Positions 1 to 10,769 of a DNA stretch of 64,000 nucleotides are shown here, one piece after another. Position numbers and translations under genes: made by a program. The DNA is from an uncultured delta proteobacterium. Its GTDB lineage: Bacteria > Desulfobacterota > Binatia > Binatales > Binataceae. The stretch's first letter is position 1. Each line of letters starts with the position of its first letter. The DNA lies in assembly GCA_963789115.1 (NCBI GenBank), contig CAWBJH010000001.1, forward strand, positions 969,419-1,033,418, in the 5' to 3' direction. Under the pieces are notes generated by a model. It had not been told where the DNA came from. It did not search any database and saw nothing but the letters and a program-made list of their open reading frames with translations.

Positions 1-648
1 AAGGGTGGGCGCCGTGAGTCCGTCGAGCCGGTCGAAAGCGTCGAACTGGGCGATAGCGCCGACCTGCGCGATCAGCGTACCCATCGGCGTGAACGGATAC
101 TTCAGGAGCTCTTCCACCATCGCATCGATGAAGGCCCGGCCGTGCGGTGAGTCGGCGAACTCCTTGCTGCACAGCACCTCGTGCGCGCGCTTGACGGCTT
201 CGGCAACCGTGAGGCCGGGGGGCGGCACGAGCTTCGCGACCGCCTCGGGCGATCCCGGCACGCCGCGGCTCCTCCCGGCAGTAGTGCTCGCCAGCACCAG
301 GCGGGAGACGCGCTCGGGGCGGCTGACGGCGAACTCCTGCCCGATCATGCCGCCCATCGAGATGCCGAAGACGTGGGCGCGTTCCACGCCGGCGTGATCG
401 AGCACGCTTGCGAGATCGGCGGCCATGTCGACGACCGTCCAGGAGCCGCTCGGCTTGTCGCTCTCGCCGGTGCCGCGGTTGTCGATCAGGATGGTCTTGA
501 ACTCGCGCGCGATGAGCTGAATGAAGGGCTCGCCGAAGGCCCGCATCGATCCGCCGAATCCCATCACCAGGGCAAGCGGCGCGCCCGCGCCCCGAATCTC
601 GTAGCGAATCCTGACTCCGTCAGGGCTCTTCGCGAAGTAACGTTCCAT
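1..648 (-). CDS. alpha/beta-hydrolase fold protein (3' end beyond window start)
   Basis: Minus-strand ORF from ATG at 648..646 reads MERYFAKSPDGVRIRYEIRGAGAPLALVMGFGGS...GISMGG (GxSxG nucleophile elbow). It has no stop before base 1, so it is absent from the ORF track. Confidence 0.7.
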   Translation of the reverse strand, partial: MERYFAKSPDGVRIRYEIRGAGAPLALVMGFGGSMRAFGEPFIQLIAREFKTILIDNRGTGESDKPSGSWTVVDMAADLASVLDHAGVERAHVFGISMGGMIGQEFAVSRPERVSRLVLASTTAGRSRGVPGSPEAVAKLVPPPGLTVAEAVKRAHEVLCSKEFADSPHGRAFIDAMVEELLKYPFTPMGTLIAQVGAIAQFDAFDRLDGLTAPTL

Positions 649-808
649 TCAATCTCCTGCGCTTGCGCCGCGACCCCGCCGTGGTGCGGCGATAGTAGCT
701 TTGCGCGGCGCGCACGGTCAAAGCGAAATCCCGGCCCATCGGCTCCTTATGATCGCCATTGTTTTTTGATAACGTTCCGCGCGGGACCGATTTCACGACC
801 TCAGGGCG

Positions 809-1663
809 GTGACGCTCATGCCGACGAGCAAGTTCGCGACGGTGAACGCGCTGAAGCTGCACTTCCTGGACTACGGAGAGGAGGGAAAGCCGCCGCTGAT
901 CTGCATCCACGGGCTTACCGGCAACGCGCACAACTTCGATGCGCTCGCGCTGCACCTTAAGCCCGGCTACCACGCGAGGTCGCTCGACGTGCGCGGTCGC
1001 GGCGACAGCCAGTGGGGCCCGCCGATGGAGTACACGCTGCCCAATTACGTGAGCGACCTGGTCGGCGTGCTCGACGCGCTCGACATCGGGAAGGTCACGC
1101 TGATTGGCACCTCGATGGGCGGCCTGATCTCGATGATGTTTGCCGGCGGATATCCGGATCGCGTCGCGAAGCTGGTGATTAACGACATCGGGCCGGAGTT
1201 AGATCCGGCCGGCGGCCTTCGTATCTCAACCTACACGAGCGAAGCGCCCACCGAGTTTGCGGATCTCGCCGAGGTCGCCGCGTATACCCGCAAAATCTAT
1301 CCGGCGTTCGCGAAAGCTTCCGAGGCCGCGCTGATCGAATGGGTCAAATGGAGCGTCAAGCTCACACCCAACGGCTGCCTGAGATGGAAGATGGATCCCG
1401 CGGTGCGCCGCGCGATGCGTCCGAGCGGCGGCTCGGCATCGCGACCGCCCGATCTGTGGGTGCAATTCACGCGAATCACCGCGCCGATCCTGGTGCTGCG
1501 CGGCGCGGAGAGCGACGTCCTGTCGGCGGCGACGGCGCAGCGGATGTGCCGCGTCCTCAAGGACATACAACTCGTGCAGGTGCCGGGCGTCGGCCACGCG
1601 CCGTCACTGGCCGAGCCCGAATCGCTCGCCGCGATCCACGGCTTTCTTGGCATCGCCGCCTAG
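809..1663 (+). CDS. alpha/beta hydrolase
   Basis: 284 aa. HGLTGN oxyanion-hole region and GTSMGG nucleophile motif. GTG at 809, alternative ATG at 818. Confidence 0.8.
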   Translation: MTLMPTSKFATVNALKLHFLDYGEEGKPPLICIHGLTGNAHNFDALALHLKPGYHARSLDVRGRGDSQWGPPMEYTLPNYVSDLVGVLDALDIGKVTLIGTSMGGLISMMFAGGYPDRVAKLVINDIGPELDPAGGLRISTYTSEAPTEFADLAEVAAYTRKIYPAFAKASEAALIEWVKWSVKLTPNGCLRWKMDPAVRRAMRPSGGSASRPPDLWVQFTRITAPILVLRGAESDVLSAATAQRMCRVLKDIQLVQVPGVGHAPSLAEPESLAAIHGFLGIAA

Positions 1664-1724
1664 CTGCTGCGCGGTTGCGTATCCCAGGGCAGACACGCCC
1701 GCCCCTACAACAAAAGAATTGCGC

Positions 1725-2744
1725 TCAGTGCGGGAACTCGACCATCACCTTGCCCTGGGTGGTCGGCTTGCGCAGCGCCTCGAGCATCGCCGGCACCTGA
1801 TCGACTGGGATGACGTCGGTGATCATCGGCTTGGCGTTGATCCTGCCGGTGGCCAGCGCCGCGATGGTCTCTTCGAACTCGCCGCGGTTGTAGCCCAGCA
1901 CGAAGTCGATGCCGACCTCCTTGAGGATACAGGCGACGGGCGTGATGGTGTCGGGTTCCATGCATACCCCCAGCACCACGACGCGACCCTCCGGCGCGAG
2001 CATCCCGATCGCGGCATCGAGCGTGGATTTCACGCCGATGCACTCGAAGACGATATCCGGCTCGCGCCCGGCAAGCTCCCTGACCTTGCCGGCGGGGTTT
2101 TCCTTGTTGGGATTCACGACTGCGGTTGCGCCGAGCTTCTTTGCGAGCTCGGCGCGTCCTTCAGCCAGTTCGGAAACCACCACGGTCTGCGCACCCCTCG
2201 CCTTGCACCACAGCAGCGTCGCGAGCCCGATCGGCCCGGCGCCCATCACGATACATACGGCGCCCGGCTTGAGCCCGGCGCGATTGACCCCGTGCAGGCC
2301 GACCGAGAGCGGTTCCACCAGGGCGCCTTCGCGCGAGCTTACCTTGTCGGGCAGCTTGAGCAGGCTGCCCGCTCCGCACAGCACGAACTCGGCGTATGCG
2401 CCGGGCAGTTGCCCGAGCCCGAGTCCGCGAATCTCCGCGCATCGCATCCCGAGGCCGCGCAGACAGAACTCACACTGGCCGCACGATATGTAAGGCAGCG
2501 AGGTGACACGCTCGCCAACCTTGAAGCCGCTGACGCCGGGACCGATTTCGTGGATCTCGCCGCAGAACTCGTGCCCCATCACCGTGTTCGGCTCCATCCC
2601 GAAACCGAACTGCACGGCGTGCAGGTCCGAGCCGCAAATCCCGCAATTGTGAACCTTGAGCACGACCTCGCCCGGGCCCGGACTAGGTTTGGGCACCTCG
2701 GCGGTCGCCATTTCGTTCTGCCGTCTGAACACCGCGGCCTTCAT
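1725..2744 (-). CDS. Zn-dependent alcohol dehydrogenase (MDR superfamily)
   Basis: GHEFCGEI zinc motif, CGICGSD, GAGPIGL Rossmann motif. Start trimmed to MKAAVF (ATG 2744); the listed ORF extends 13 codons upstream. Confidence 0.85.
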   Translation of the reverse strand: MKAAVFRRQNEMATAEVPKPSPGPGEVVLKVHNCGICGSDLHAVQFGFGMEPNTVMGHEFCGEIHEIGPGVSGFKVGERVTSLPYISCGQCEFCLRGLGMRCAEIRGLGLGQLPGAYAEFVLCGAGSLLKLPDKVSSREGALVEPLSVGLHGVNRAGLKPGAVCIVMGAGPIGLATLLWCKARGAQTVVVSELAEGRAELAKKLGATAVVNPNKENPAGKVRELAGREPDIVFECIGVKSTLDAAIGMLAPEGRVVVLGVCMEPDTITPVACILKEVGIDFVLGYNRGEFEETIAALATGRINAKPMITDVIPVDQVPAMLEALRKPTTQGKVMVEFPH

Positions 2745-3018
2745 CGCTTGTCCCTCCTGGGCACCGCATTCGAGACTTCCCAAAACGATCGCGGGATGTC
2801 AATCGCGGCTTTGCCCCCCGATCGCGCGTCGGAAGCGGCCCTCAGTGGCCCGCAATGGCCGCCCGGCAGTTGAGTGATGGCTGCGGGCGCGCTTTGCGCC
2901 GCGGCCTTGCCTCGATTTGTGCTCCTCAAGTATGTAAAGGTTCAGGTAGACTCGGAGGCCGGCCCACGTCTTATCGGGGCCAGGCCGACGATACCCGGCT
3001 TGCCAAGCGGAGGAGGCC

Positions 3019-4209
3019 ATGGATTTCAATTACAGCCCGGAGGACGAGGCTTTTCGCCAGCAGCTCAGAAGCTGGCTCGAAGCCAATGTGCCCAGGGACC
3101 GCACCGACCACCCGGTGGACGCGATACGCGAGGAGGGCGAGGAGGGGTGGCAGCGCCGCCTCCAGTGGCATCGCAAGATGCACGAAGGTGGATGGGTCGG
3201 CATTAGCTGGCCCAAGGAGTACGGCGGTCGCGGCGCCTCCCTGATGCAGCAGATCATTTATAATGAGGAGATAGCCCGAGCCCGGGCACCGATGCTCGTC
3301 AACGGACTCGGCATCATGCTGGCCGGTCCCACGCTCATCCAGTGGGGCACCGAAGAGCAGAAGAAGCGTTACGTGCCCAAGATCCTCTCGGCCGAGGAGA
3401 TCTGGTGCCAGGGCTACTCGGAACCCAACGCCGGCTCGGATATCGCCGCGCTGCAGACCCGCGCGATCGAGGAGGGCGACTACTTCATCGTCAATGGCCA
3501 GAAGGTTTGGACCTCCGACGCGCATCACGCCCACTGGTGCATCGTGCTCTGCCGCACCGATCCCGACGCGCCCAAGCACAAGGGCATCAGCTACCTGCTG
3601 GTTGACATGCATAGTCCCGGAGTCGCGGTGCGCCCGCTGGTGCAGATCACCGGCGACAGCAACTTCAACGAGGTCTTCTTCGAGGACGTCAAGGTGCCCA
3701 AGAAAAACCTGGTCGGCGAGAAGAACCAGGGATGGCGGGTGGCGATCACCACCCTGATGTTCGAGCGGGCGGGAATCGGCGGCGGACGCGACTTCTTCGC
3801 CCAGGTCAAGGAGTTGGTCGCGCTGGCCAAGATGGTGCGGCGCAACGGAAGCACGGCGTGGGAAGACTCGAGCGTGCGCCAGAAGCTCGCACAGTTCGCC
3901 TGCGAGGCCGAAGCCTTCAAGTACACCGGTTATCGCCAGCTCACACGCCGGCTAAGAGGCCTGCCGCCTGGACCCGAGGGCTCGATCATGAAGCTCGGCA
4001 CCAGCGAGCTGAATGTGAGGATGAACAACTTCGCGATGGAGCTGCTCGGGCCGTACGGCCAGATCGAGTATAAGGCGCCGTTCGCGATCGACCGCGGACA
4101 GTGGTCGTATCGGATGCTGGCGTCGCGCGCGCTCACTATCGCGGGCGGTACCAGCGAGATCCAGCGCAATATCGTCGGCGAACGCGTGCTGGGGTTGCCC
4201 AAGGGCTGA
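3019..4209 (+). CDS. acyl-CoA dehydrogenase
   Basis: 396 aa, full-length ACAD-like architecture. aggagg 6 nt before ATG 3019. Confidence 0.85.
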   Translation: MDFNYSPEDEAFRQQLRSWLEANVPRDRTDHPVDAIREEGEEGWQRRLQWHRKMHEGGWVGISWPKEYGGRGASLMQQIIYNEEIARARAPMLVNGLGIMLAGPTLIQWGTEEQKKRYVPKILSAEEIWCQGYSEPNAGSDIAALQTRAIEEGDYFIVNGQKVWTSDAHHAHWCIVLCRTDPDAPKHKGISYLLVDMHSPGVAVRPLVQITGDSNFNEVFFEDVKVPKKNLVGEKNQGWRVAITTLMFERAGIGGGRDFFAQVKELVALAKMVRRNGSTAWEDSSVRQKLAQFACEAEAFKYTGYRQLTRRLRGLPPGPEGSIMKLGTSELNVRMNNFAMELLGPYGQIEYKAPFAIDRGQWSYRMLASRALTIAGGTSEIQRNIVGERVLGLPKG

Positions 4210-4236
4210 CGCGAGATCCTGACAGGCGAGAGCGGA

Positions 4237-4269
4237 GGGCAGCCCGCAGCGGCTGCCCTTCTTATTTCC
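4237..4269 (+). terminator. rho-independent terminator downstream of acyl-CoA dehydrogenase
   Basis: 8-bp stem gggcagcc/ggctgccc with loop cgcagc, followed by ttcttatttcc. Confidence 0.5.
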
Positions 4270-4284
4270 TGGAGGTTGCGCGCG

Positions 4285-4836
4285 ATGGACGGAAGACTGG
4301 TGAGACTGCGGGCTTACGAAAAGTCCGACCTGGACGCCGTGATGAAGTGGGTCAACGACGAAGAGGTCAAGCATTTCCTCGGCAGCGGTCCGCTCACCTA
4401 CCCGGTCTCGCGGATCCAGGAAGAGCAGTTCATCGAGATGGCCAACCGCCCCGCCGACGACCGCAAGACCTTCGCGATCGAAACCCTGCAAGGCGAGTAT
4501 ATCGGCGGAATCGACCTGCACGCGATCGACTGGATCTCGCGCCACGCCGAAATAGGTATCGTGATCGGCGACAAGCACTTGTGGGGCAAGGGCTACGGGA
4601 GCGACGCGATGCGCGTGCTGCTGCGGCTGGTGTTCGACAAGATGGGCCTCCATCGCGTGTGGCTGCGGGTCTACAGCTTCAACGAACGCGCCATCGCCTC
4701 TTACGAGAGGTGCGGCTTCAAGCGCGAGGGTGTGCTGCGCGAGCAGCACCTCGCCGATGGCAGGTATCACGATGTAATCGTGATGGGCCTGCTCGAACCG
4801 GAGTACCGGGCAGCTCTCGCGCCGGCCAACCCATGA
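4285..4836 (+). CDS. GNAT family N-acetyltransferase (RimL-like)
   Basis: MDGRLVRLRAYEKSDLDAV... WGKGYGSDAMR acetyl-CoA binding region. ggagg 9 nt before ATG 4285; the ORF track starts at TTG 4276. Confidence 0.8.
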   Translation: MDGRLVRLRAYEKSDLDAVMKWVNDEEVKHFLGSGPLTYPVSRIQEEQFIEMANRPADDRKTFAIETLQGEYIGGIDLHAIDWISRHAEIGIVIGDKHLWGKGYGSDAMRVLLRLVFDKMGLHRVWLRVYSFNERAIASYERCGFKREGVLREQHLADGRYHDVIVMGLLEPEYRAALAPANP

Positions 4837-5025
4837 CCGATGCGGCCGATTCGCCGCGCCGCACGCTCCGCCAGGGAGTCTTTGCCTCCTTCAATAGCGT
4901 CTTCAGATCATCTTCATTTGCCGGTCTCTCGAATATCATGCGTTTTTGCCGATGGTCTCAGCGCGACGCCGCTGCCGGGATTTTCTGCCCGAATCCATCT
5001 CACGCGTGAGCGCCGCAAACCTCCA

Positions 5026-8000
5026 TTATTCGCTCGGGCGTGGCGCGCTTTGGCTGAGGGTGCTTCTGTCTCGATAGACGAGGTAATAGATGAGGGGCAC
5101 CACGATCAGGGTGAACGCAGTCGAAGCGAAGATGCCGAAGATGAACGCCCACGCCAGCCCCGAAAAAATTGGGTCCAGCGTAATCACCGCGGAACCGAGC
5201 ATCGCGGCTCCCGCAGTAAGCGCGATGGGCCGCAGGCGGATCGCGCCTGCTTCCAGAATCGCGTCCTCCAAGCTGAGTCCACGCGCGAGGCCGCGATGAA
5301 TGAAGTCGATCAGAATGATCGAGTTGCGCACCACGATGCCTGCCAGGGCGATCATTCCGATCATCGCCGTCGCTGTGAAGAAAGTGGGATCAGGAAAACC
5401 CGCCACGGGGCGGTTGGTCACCAGGTCGAGCAGGAAGAAGCCCGGCATGATGCCGACGAGGGTAAGCGGAATCGCCGCCATAATGATGAGCGGCATCGCG
5501 AGCGATTCAGTCTGCGCAACCAGCAGCACGTAGATAAAAAAGAGCGCGGCGCCGAAGGCGAGTCCGAGGTCTCGGAAGACCGTTACCGTGATGTTCCACT
5601 CGCCCTCGCCGCTCCAGTCGATCGTATACCCTGACGGCAGCAGACTTCGTGTGTGATGTTCCAGCCAGAGGACTTCGTTCACCGGACTTACGCCGGCGGT
5701 GTCTGCCATTACCATCGCGACCTGCCGCAAGTCCTTACGGTAGATCGGCTGCTCCTCGACGGTGCTTCGAACTTCGCCGAGCTCGCCGAGGGGCACCATA
5801 CTCCCGTCAGACCCGCGGAGCTTCAGCGCCATCAGCCTGCTGGAATCGGAGCGCGCGGCCCGCGGCATCCGGAGTTCGATCACCAGCGGGTCGCGCTCGG
5901 TCTCGGTATGAACGATGTCTACCGCGTCGCCGCCGAGCATCAGCGCGAGAGTCTGCGCGACGTCCGCCGTCGCGATGCCGTGAAGTGCCGCCTTCTCGCG
6001 ATCCAGGACGAATTGCAGGCGCGGTTGGGCAGCGACGGAGAAATCATCGGTATCGACGAGACCGGCGGTGCGATCGAACACGTGCCTGAGCTCGCGTCCA
6101 TAAGCGATGAGCCGTGGGTATTCGGCTCCGGGCGGGCCGTAGATTTCGGCGACGATCGTCTCCAGCACCGGCGGCCCGGGCGGCGCCTCGACGATCTTGA
6201 CCTTCGCGCCATGCTTTCGCGCGATCGCTTCTACCAAGGGCCGGATTCGAAGCGCGATCTGATGTGAGGATTGCACCCGCGCGGTCTTTGCCGCGAGATT
6301 GATCCGAATGTCGGCCTGCCAGGGCGCGCGCCGCACGTAGTAGTGGCGGACCATCCCGTTGAAATCGAACGGGGAGGGAACGCCGGTATAAGACTCGAAA
6401 TCGGTGACTTCCGGCACTCTGCTCAGCAGCCCGTCGAAATCGCGCGTCACCCCATCGGCCGATTCCAACGGCGTACCTTCAGGCATGTCGATTACGAGCT
6501 CCAATTCGCTCTTATTGTCGAACGGCAGCATCTTGACCGGCACCAGGCCGAACACCACGAGCAGGATCGAGACGGCGAGGGCGCCACCCACGCCCAGCAG
6601 GAAAAGTCGCGCTCGCCGGCGATCTTCGAGCAGCGGACGCAGAATCCGCGCGTACCAGCGCCTGATCGTCGCCCCGTCGTCGGGTTTCTCCGCGCCGGAT
6701 GCGGGCGAGTGCTCGCGACCCAGCAGGTGATATGCAGCCCACGGCGTGATCGTGAACGCCACCACCAGCGATGTCAGCATCGCGAGCGGGACGTTGAACG
6801 GCATCGGCCGCATGTACGGCCCCATCATCCCGGTCACGAACAGCATCGGGATAAACGACGCGATGACCGTGAACGTCGCAAGGATCGTGGGCGGTCTCAC
6901 TTCGTCCACGGCGATCAGCGTGGCCTCGCGCCGCGGATGGGTGCCGAGCCGGAAATGACGGTGGATGTTCTCGACGTCGACGATCGGATCGTCGACCAGC
7001 AGGCCCAGTGACAAGATCAGCGCGAACAGCGTGACCCGGTTGATCGTATAACCCGCGATCAGATTGCCTAGCAGCGTGATCGCAAGCGTGATGGGGACCG
7101 CGATCGCAACGATGAACGCCTCCCGCGGCCCCAGCGAAAACGCAAGCAACACCACGATGATTCCGACCGCTACCAGCAGCTCTCTGACCAGTTCGTTCAC
7201 CTTCTCGTTGGCCGTCTCTCCGTAGTTGCGCGTAACGAGAACGTTCACGCTGGAAGGGATGGCCACGCCTTTGAGCGATTCGACCTTGCTGATCAGTCCT
7301 TCGGCCACTGCGACCGCGTTGGTGCCGTGCCGCTTGGCGAACGCGATCGTAACGGCCGGATAAAGCTGCGCGGGATCTCCGAGCGAATACAACTTCAATT
7401 GGCCCGGTTCCTTGAACAGATGTTCGCGGGCCGGGCCGAAGGCAATCGTCGTATACGCATCCGGTTCAGCCGGACCATCGATCACCCGCGCTACGTCGCG
7501 CAGATAGACGGGATGCCGGTCGCGCACTGCAACGACCAGGTTTGAAACCTCGGCTGCGCCCGTGAGAAACGGACCGCTATCGAGAACGTACTCGCGATCG
7601 TTGTGGGCAAAGCTGCCTGCGCGGAGGTTGGCGTCGGCGCCACGAAGGGCGTGCGCTACATCGAGAGGGTCGAGTCCACGGCCGGCAAGGCGGTCGGCAT
7701 CGAGCAGCACGCGAATTCGGCGTGGCCGACCGCCGGCCACGAACGAGCGCCCCGTGTCGGGGACCTCCTGCATACGATGCAATATTTCGTCGGCGACACG
7801 GCGCAGCGCGGGGTCGGTTTCGGTTTTGCTCCACAGCGTAACGTTGAGAATCGGCACGTCGTCGATTCCGACCGGTTTAACGATCCATCCGGTTACGCCG
7901 GGCGGAACCGCATCGCGGTTGGACTCGAGCTTGTTGTAAATCTGCACCAGGCTCTTGATTTGGTCGTAGCCCACGCGGAAACGGACCGTGACCATCGCCA

Positions 8001-8295
8001 TCCCCGGCCGCGACACGGAGTAGATGTGCTCCACCCCCTCCATTTCCCACAGGCGTTTCTCGAGGTTGATGGTGACGAGATTTTCGACTTCGGCGGCGCT
8101 CGCGCCCGGCATCTGAACGATGATGTCGGCGAGCGGTACCGAGATCTGCGGGTCTTCCTCGCGCGGCGTAACCAGCAGTGCTACCACCCCGGCGGCGAGC
8201 GAGGCGACAAGCAGCAGCATCGACAGGTTCGATCCCAGGAACCGGTCGACAATTCGCGCCGTCAGGCCCAGCTCTGCTGGAGCCGTTTCGTTCAC
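5026..8295 (-). CDS. RND efflux transporter permease subunit (HAE1/AcrB family)
   Basis: 1089 aa, 12-TM RND architecture with two large periplasmic loops. GTG start overlapping the stop of the upstream adaptor gene. Confidence 0.9.
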   Translation of the reverse strand: MNETAPAELGLTARIVDRFLGSNLSMLLLVASLAAGVVALLVTPREEDPQISVPLADIIVQMPGASAAEVENLVTINLEKRLWEMEGVEHIYSVSRPGMAMVTVRFRVGYDQIKSLVQIYNKLESNRDAVPPGVTGWIVKPVGIDDVPILNVTLWSKTETDPALRRVADEILHRMQEVPDTGRSFVAGGRPRRIRVLLDADRLAGRGLDPLDVAHALRGADANLRAGSFAHNDREYVLDSGPFLTGAAEVSNLVVAVRDRHPVYLRDVARVIDGPAEPDAYTTIAFGPAREHLFKEPGQLKLYSLGDPAQLYPAVTIAFAKRHGTNAVAVAEGLISKVESLKGVAIPSSVNVLVTRNYGETANEKVNELVRELLVAVGIIVVLLAFSLGPREAFIVAIAVPITLAITLLGNLIAGYTINRVTLFALILSLGLLVDDPIVDVENIHRHFRLGTHPRREATLIAVDEVRPPTILATFTVIASFIPMLFVTGMMGPYMRPMPFNVPLAMLTSLVVAFTITPWAAYHLLGREHSPASGAEKPDDGATIRRWYARILRPLLEDRRRARLFLLGVGGALAVSILLVVFGLVPVKMLPFDNKSELELVIDMPEGTPLESADGVTRDFDGLLSRVPEVTDFESYTGVPSPFDFNGMVRHYYVRRAPWQADIRINLAAKTARVQSSHQIALRIRPLVEAIARKHGAKVKIVEAPPGPPVLETIVAEIYGPPGAEYPRLIAYGRELRHVFDRTAGLVDTDDFSVAAQPRLQFVLDREKAALHGIATADVAQTLALMLGGDAVDIVHTETERDPLVIELRMPRAARSDSSRLMALKLRGSDGSMVPLGELGEVRSTVEEQPIYRKDLRQVAMVMADTAGVSPVNEVLWLEHHTRSLLPSGYTIDWSGEGEWNITVTVFRDLGLAFGAALFFIYVLLVAQTESLAMPLIIMAAIPLTLVGIMPGFFLLDLVTNRPVAGFPDPTFFTATAMIGMIALAGIVVRNSIILIDFIHRGLARGLSLEDAILEAGAIRLRPIALTAGAAMLGSAVITLDPIFSGLAWAFIFGIFASTAFTLIVVPLIYYLVYRDRSTLSQSAPRPSE

Positions 8296-9389
8296 TTGGT
8301 ATCAACTGCGGGGCTGTCGAGGATGACGCGCTGGCCCGCACGAAGCCCGGCGAGGACCTCTACGCGATCGCCAAAACGGCGCCCCAGCGAGACCATCTGG
8401 GTCTGAATTCTTCCTTCAGAAATCACGCGCGCGGTGTCGAGCTGACCCACCTCTTCGATTGCATCGCGCGGCACGGTGAGGACCGTCTCGCTTCCGGTCG
8501 TAAAGGTCGCCCGCGCGAACATTCCCGGCTGGAGATGCTGGCCGCTCGGCAGCGGCGCACGAACTATGAAGCTCCTGCTCGTCGGATCCGAAGCGGGCAC
8601 GATTTCGGTTACTTGCGTGTGGTACTCCACGCCGGTCGCGTCGACCCTGACCTGGAGCAGTGTTCCAGTGTCGATGCTGCGCGCCAGATCCTCGGGCACC
8701 TCCAGTTCGACTCGCAGCGCGTTCTTGTCGTAGAGCCGGACTAGCGGCTTACCCGGCATCGCCATGTCGCCCGGCTCGGCAAGGCGTTCCACGACCACGC
8801 CGTCGACCGGCGAGCGGACGGTTGCATACTCCAACGCCGCGCGCGCCGCTGCGACCGCGGCTTGGGCCTGCGCAACTCTTCCCGTCGCGCCTCGGTACGC
8901 GGCCTCGGCGGCGTCGTGTTCGCTCGCTGTCACGGAGCCGCGCGTGAACAGCGCCGAGAACCGCTTCTCGTCCGCGCTGGCGCGGCTCAGCTCGCCTTGC
9001 GCCGCGGCCAGTTGCCCCTGAGCCTGTGCAACCTGGGCTTTGAGTTCCGCAGCGTTGAGCGCGACGATCGCCTGTCCACGGTTCACCCGGTCACCCGCGC
9101 GGACCCCGACTTCGGTGACGCGCGCAGCGATACGGCTTGCCGCCTCGACCGGGAGCCTCGACTGGATCGAGCCGATCACCTCGCGACGCACGGGGATCTT
9201 CTCACTGAGCACCACTCCGAGCGGGCGGCTTGGAATTTGATCGGCGCTCTGACTGAGCAACCCCGGCTCGATCCTGCCGCCCCGAATCACTCGGACCGCG
9301 AGCCAGAGCAGGGCGATACCGATCGCGGCTGCGAGCAGATAACGCCATCCGGGGCGCACATGGCGCGATTCGGTTAACAGGTCTGCCAT
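8292..9389 (-). CDS. RND efflux periplasmic adaptor (membrane fusion protein)
   Basis: N-terminal TM, coiled-coil hairpin (AQVAQAQGQLAAAQGEL), beta-barrel and MP domains. Start trimmed to MADLL (ATG 9389). Confidence 0.8.
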   Translation of the reverse strand: MADLLTESRHVRPGWRYLLAAAIGIALLWLAVRVIRGGRIEPGLLSQSADQIPSRPLGVVLSEKIPVRREVIGSIQSRLPVEAASRIAARVTEVGVRAGDRVNRGQAIVALNAAELKAQVAQAQGQLAAAQGELSRASADEKRFSALFTRGSVTASEHDAAEAAYRGATGRVAQAQAAVAAARAALEYATVRSPVDGVVVERLAEPGDMAMPGKPLVRLYDKNALRVELEVPEDLARSIDTGTLLQVRVDATGVEYHTQVTEIVPASDPTSRSFIVRAPLPSGQHLQPGMFARATFTTGSETVLTVPRDAIEEVGQLDTARVISEGRIQTQMVSLGRRFGDRVEVLAGLRAGQRVILDSPAVDTK

Positions 9390-9393
9390 TCGT

Positions 9394-10758
9394 TCAGCGC
9401 CCCGATGTCGCCTGCGGCTCCACCCCGCTCGCAAGGTTCAGCGCCGCACGGTCAACCGCCACGCCGACTTGGGCGATAACGAGGCCCATGTCCGCCTCCT
9501 CGCGCGTAGTGTGTGCGTCCAGCACCGCGACGTTGGTGGCGAGGCCGGAGCCGTATCGATCCTCCAATATCTTGAGTGCGCTTGCGGCGTACGCAGTGTC
9601 GCGCCGTGCAACCTCCAACGCCTTTTCGGCGGCGACCAGTGTCCGGTATGCGGTCTCAACCTCGAGCGCCACCGAACGGCGAAGATCGTCGGCGAGTACC
9701 TGCGCGCGCGACCGATCCGCCAGTGCCGCGTCGACCTTTGACTGGGTGGCAAGTCCGTTGAACAAATTCACCCGGCCGGTTACGAGAAGGGCGCTGTTGT
9801 TGCCGGCTCGGGCCAACCGCTCCGAATCGTTCTCATAGACGCCCGCTATTTCGACAGTCGGCAGATAGTCGGCGTGCGAGATGCTGACAGCCTGTTGCGC
9901 CTGCTTGACGCGGGAGTCGACGGCCTTGATTTCGGGCCGCTCCGAAATTGCGCGTGCGACCAAAGCGTCGAGCGGCTCCGGGGGCGGCGCGGGCCCTTCG
10001 AGTTCGGCGGGTTTCTCGAGCGGTGCGAGTCGTTCGTCTTCGTCGCCGAGCGTATGCGCGAGGCTCGCCCACGCGATATTCAGCTGACTCTCAGCCTGGA
10101 TTCGTTGTTGTTCAAGGGTGCCCACCAGGACATAGGTTCTGAGCACGTCGGAGTTGACGACCATCCCGTGCGCAAAAAGATCCTGGGCCTGTGCAAGGTG
10201 AGCGCGCGCCGCCGCCAGCGCACGGCCGACTACCGCTACCCGTTGCTCCGCAAGCACTGCGGTGTAGTACGCCTGAATCACGGCAAACTCTACCCTCTGC
10301 CTGGTTTGGATGACCTGCCAGTGCTCGGCGTCAGCAGCAAATCCCGCCTGGCGATAGGCGGCGATCAGCTTGCCCCCCGCGAAGAGCGGAAACGAAAGGC
10401 GCACCTGGCTCTGAAAGTCCGACAGGAACCCCGGATGGTTGAGAGAATTGACCGCGAAATCGTTCGGTCCGAAATCCTGCTGCAGCAGCAGGTCGGAGAA
10501 AACCTGAACGGGGTTGTCGGTATAGGAGAGATTCTCGCCTGCGTCGAGTCGTGGAATCATCGCGCCACGCGCGACGCTTACTTGGGCCTGCGCAGCTTCG
10601 CTTCCGAAACCCGCGGCTTTGAGGGTGCGGTTGTCCCGCAGCGCAATTGCGGTCGCGTCATCCAGCGAAATCCGCCTCGGTGCCGCGGGCATATCGGCCG
10701 CACGTGCAGCGACAGAAAACAATGCAACCAGGAGCAGCGTTATCGCCGGCCGCAGCAT
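9394..10758 (-). CDS. outer membrane efflux protein (TolC/OprM family)
   Basis: Signal peptide MLRPAITLLLVALFSVAARA and duplicated TolC-like alpha/beta repeats. First gene of the efflux operon. Confidence 0.8.
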   Translation of the reverse strand: MLRPAITLLLVALFSVAARAADMPAAPRRISLDDATAIALRDNRTLKAAGFGSEAAQAQVSVARGAMIPRLDAGENLSYTDNPVQVFSDLLLQQDFGPNDFAVNSLNHPGFLSDFQSQVRLSFPLFAGGKLIAAYRQAGFAADAEHWQVIQTRQRVEFAVIQAYYTAVLAEQRVAVVGRALAAARAHLAQAQDLFAHGMVVNSDVLRTYVLVGTLEQQRIQAESQLNIAWASLAHTLGDEDERLAPLEKPAELEGPAPPPEPLDALVARAISERPEIKAVDSRVKQAQQAVSISHADYLPTVEIAGVYENDSERLARAGNNSALLVTGRVNLFNGLATQSKVDAALADRSRAQVLADDLRRSVALEVETAYRTLVAAEKALEVARRDTAYAASALKILEDRYGSGLATNVAVLDAHTTREEADMGLVIAQVGVAVDRAALNLASGVEPQATSGR

Positions 10759-10769
10759 CGCTCGAACAC

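Noticed and set aside
5-973. ORF-track ORFs 5-397(+), 181-960(+), 620-973(-)
   Set aside because: They lie antisense to or out of frame with the two clearly supported alpha/beta hydrolase genes. Their composition is Arg/Ala/Pro-rich, typical of spurious ORFs in high-GC DNA.
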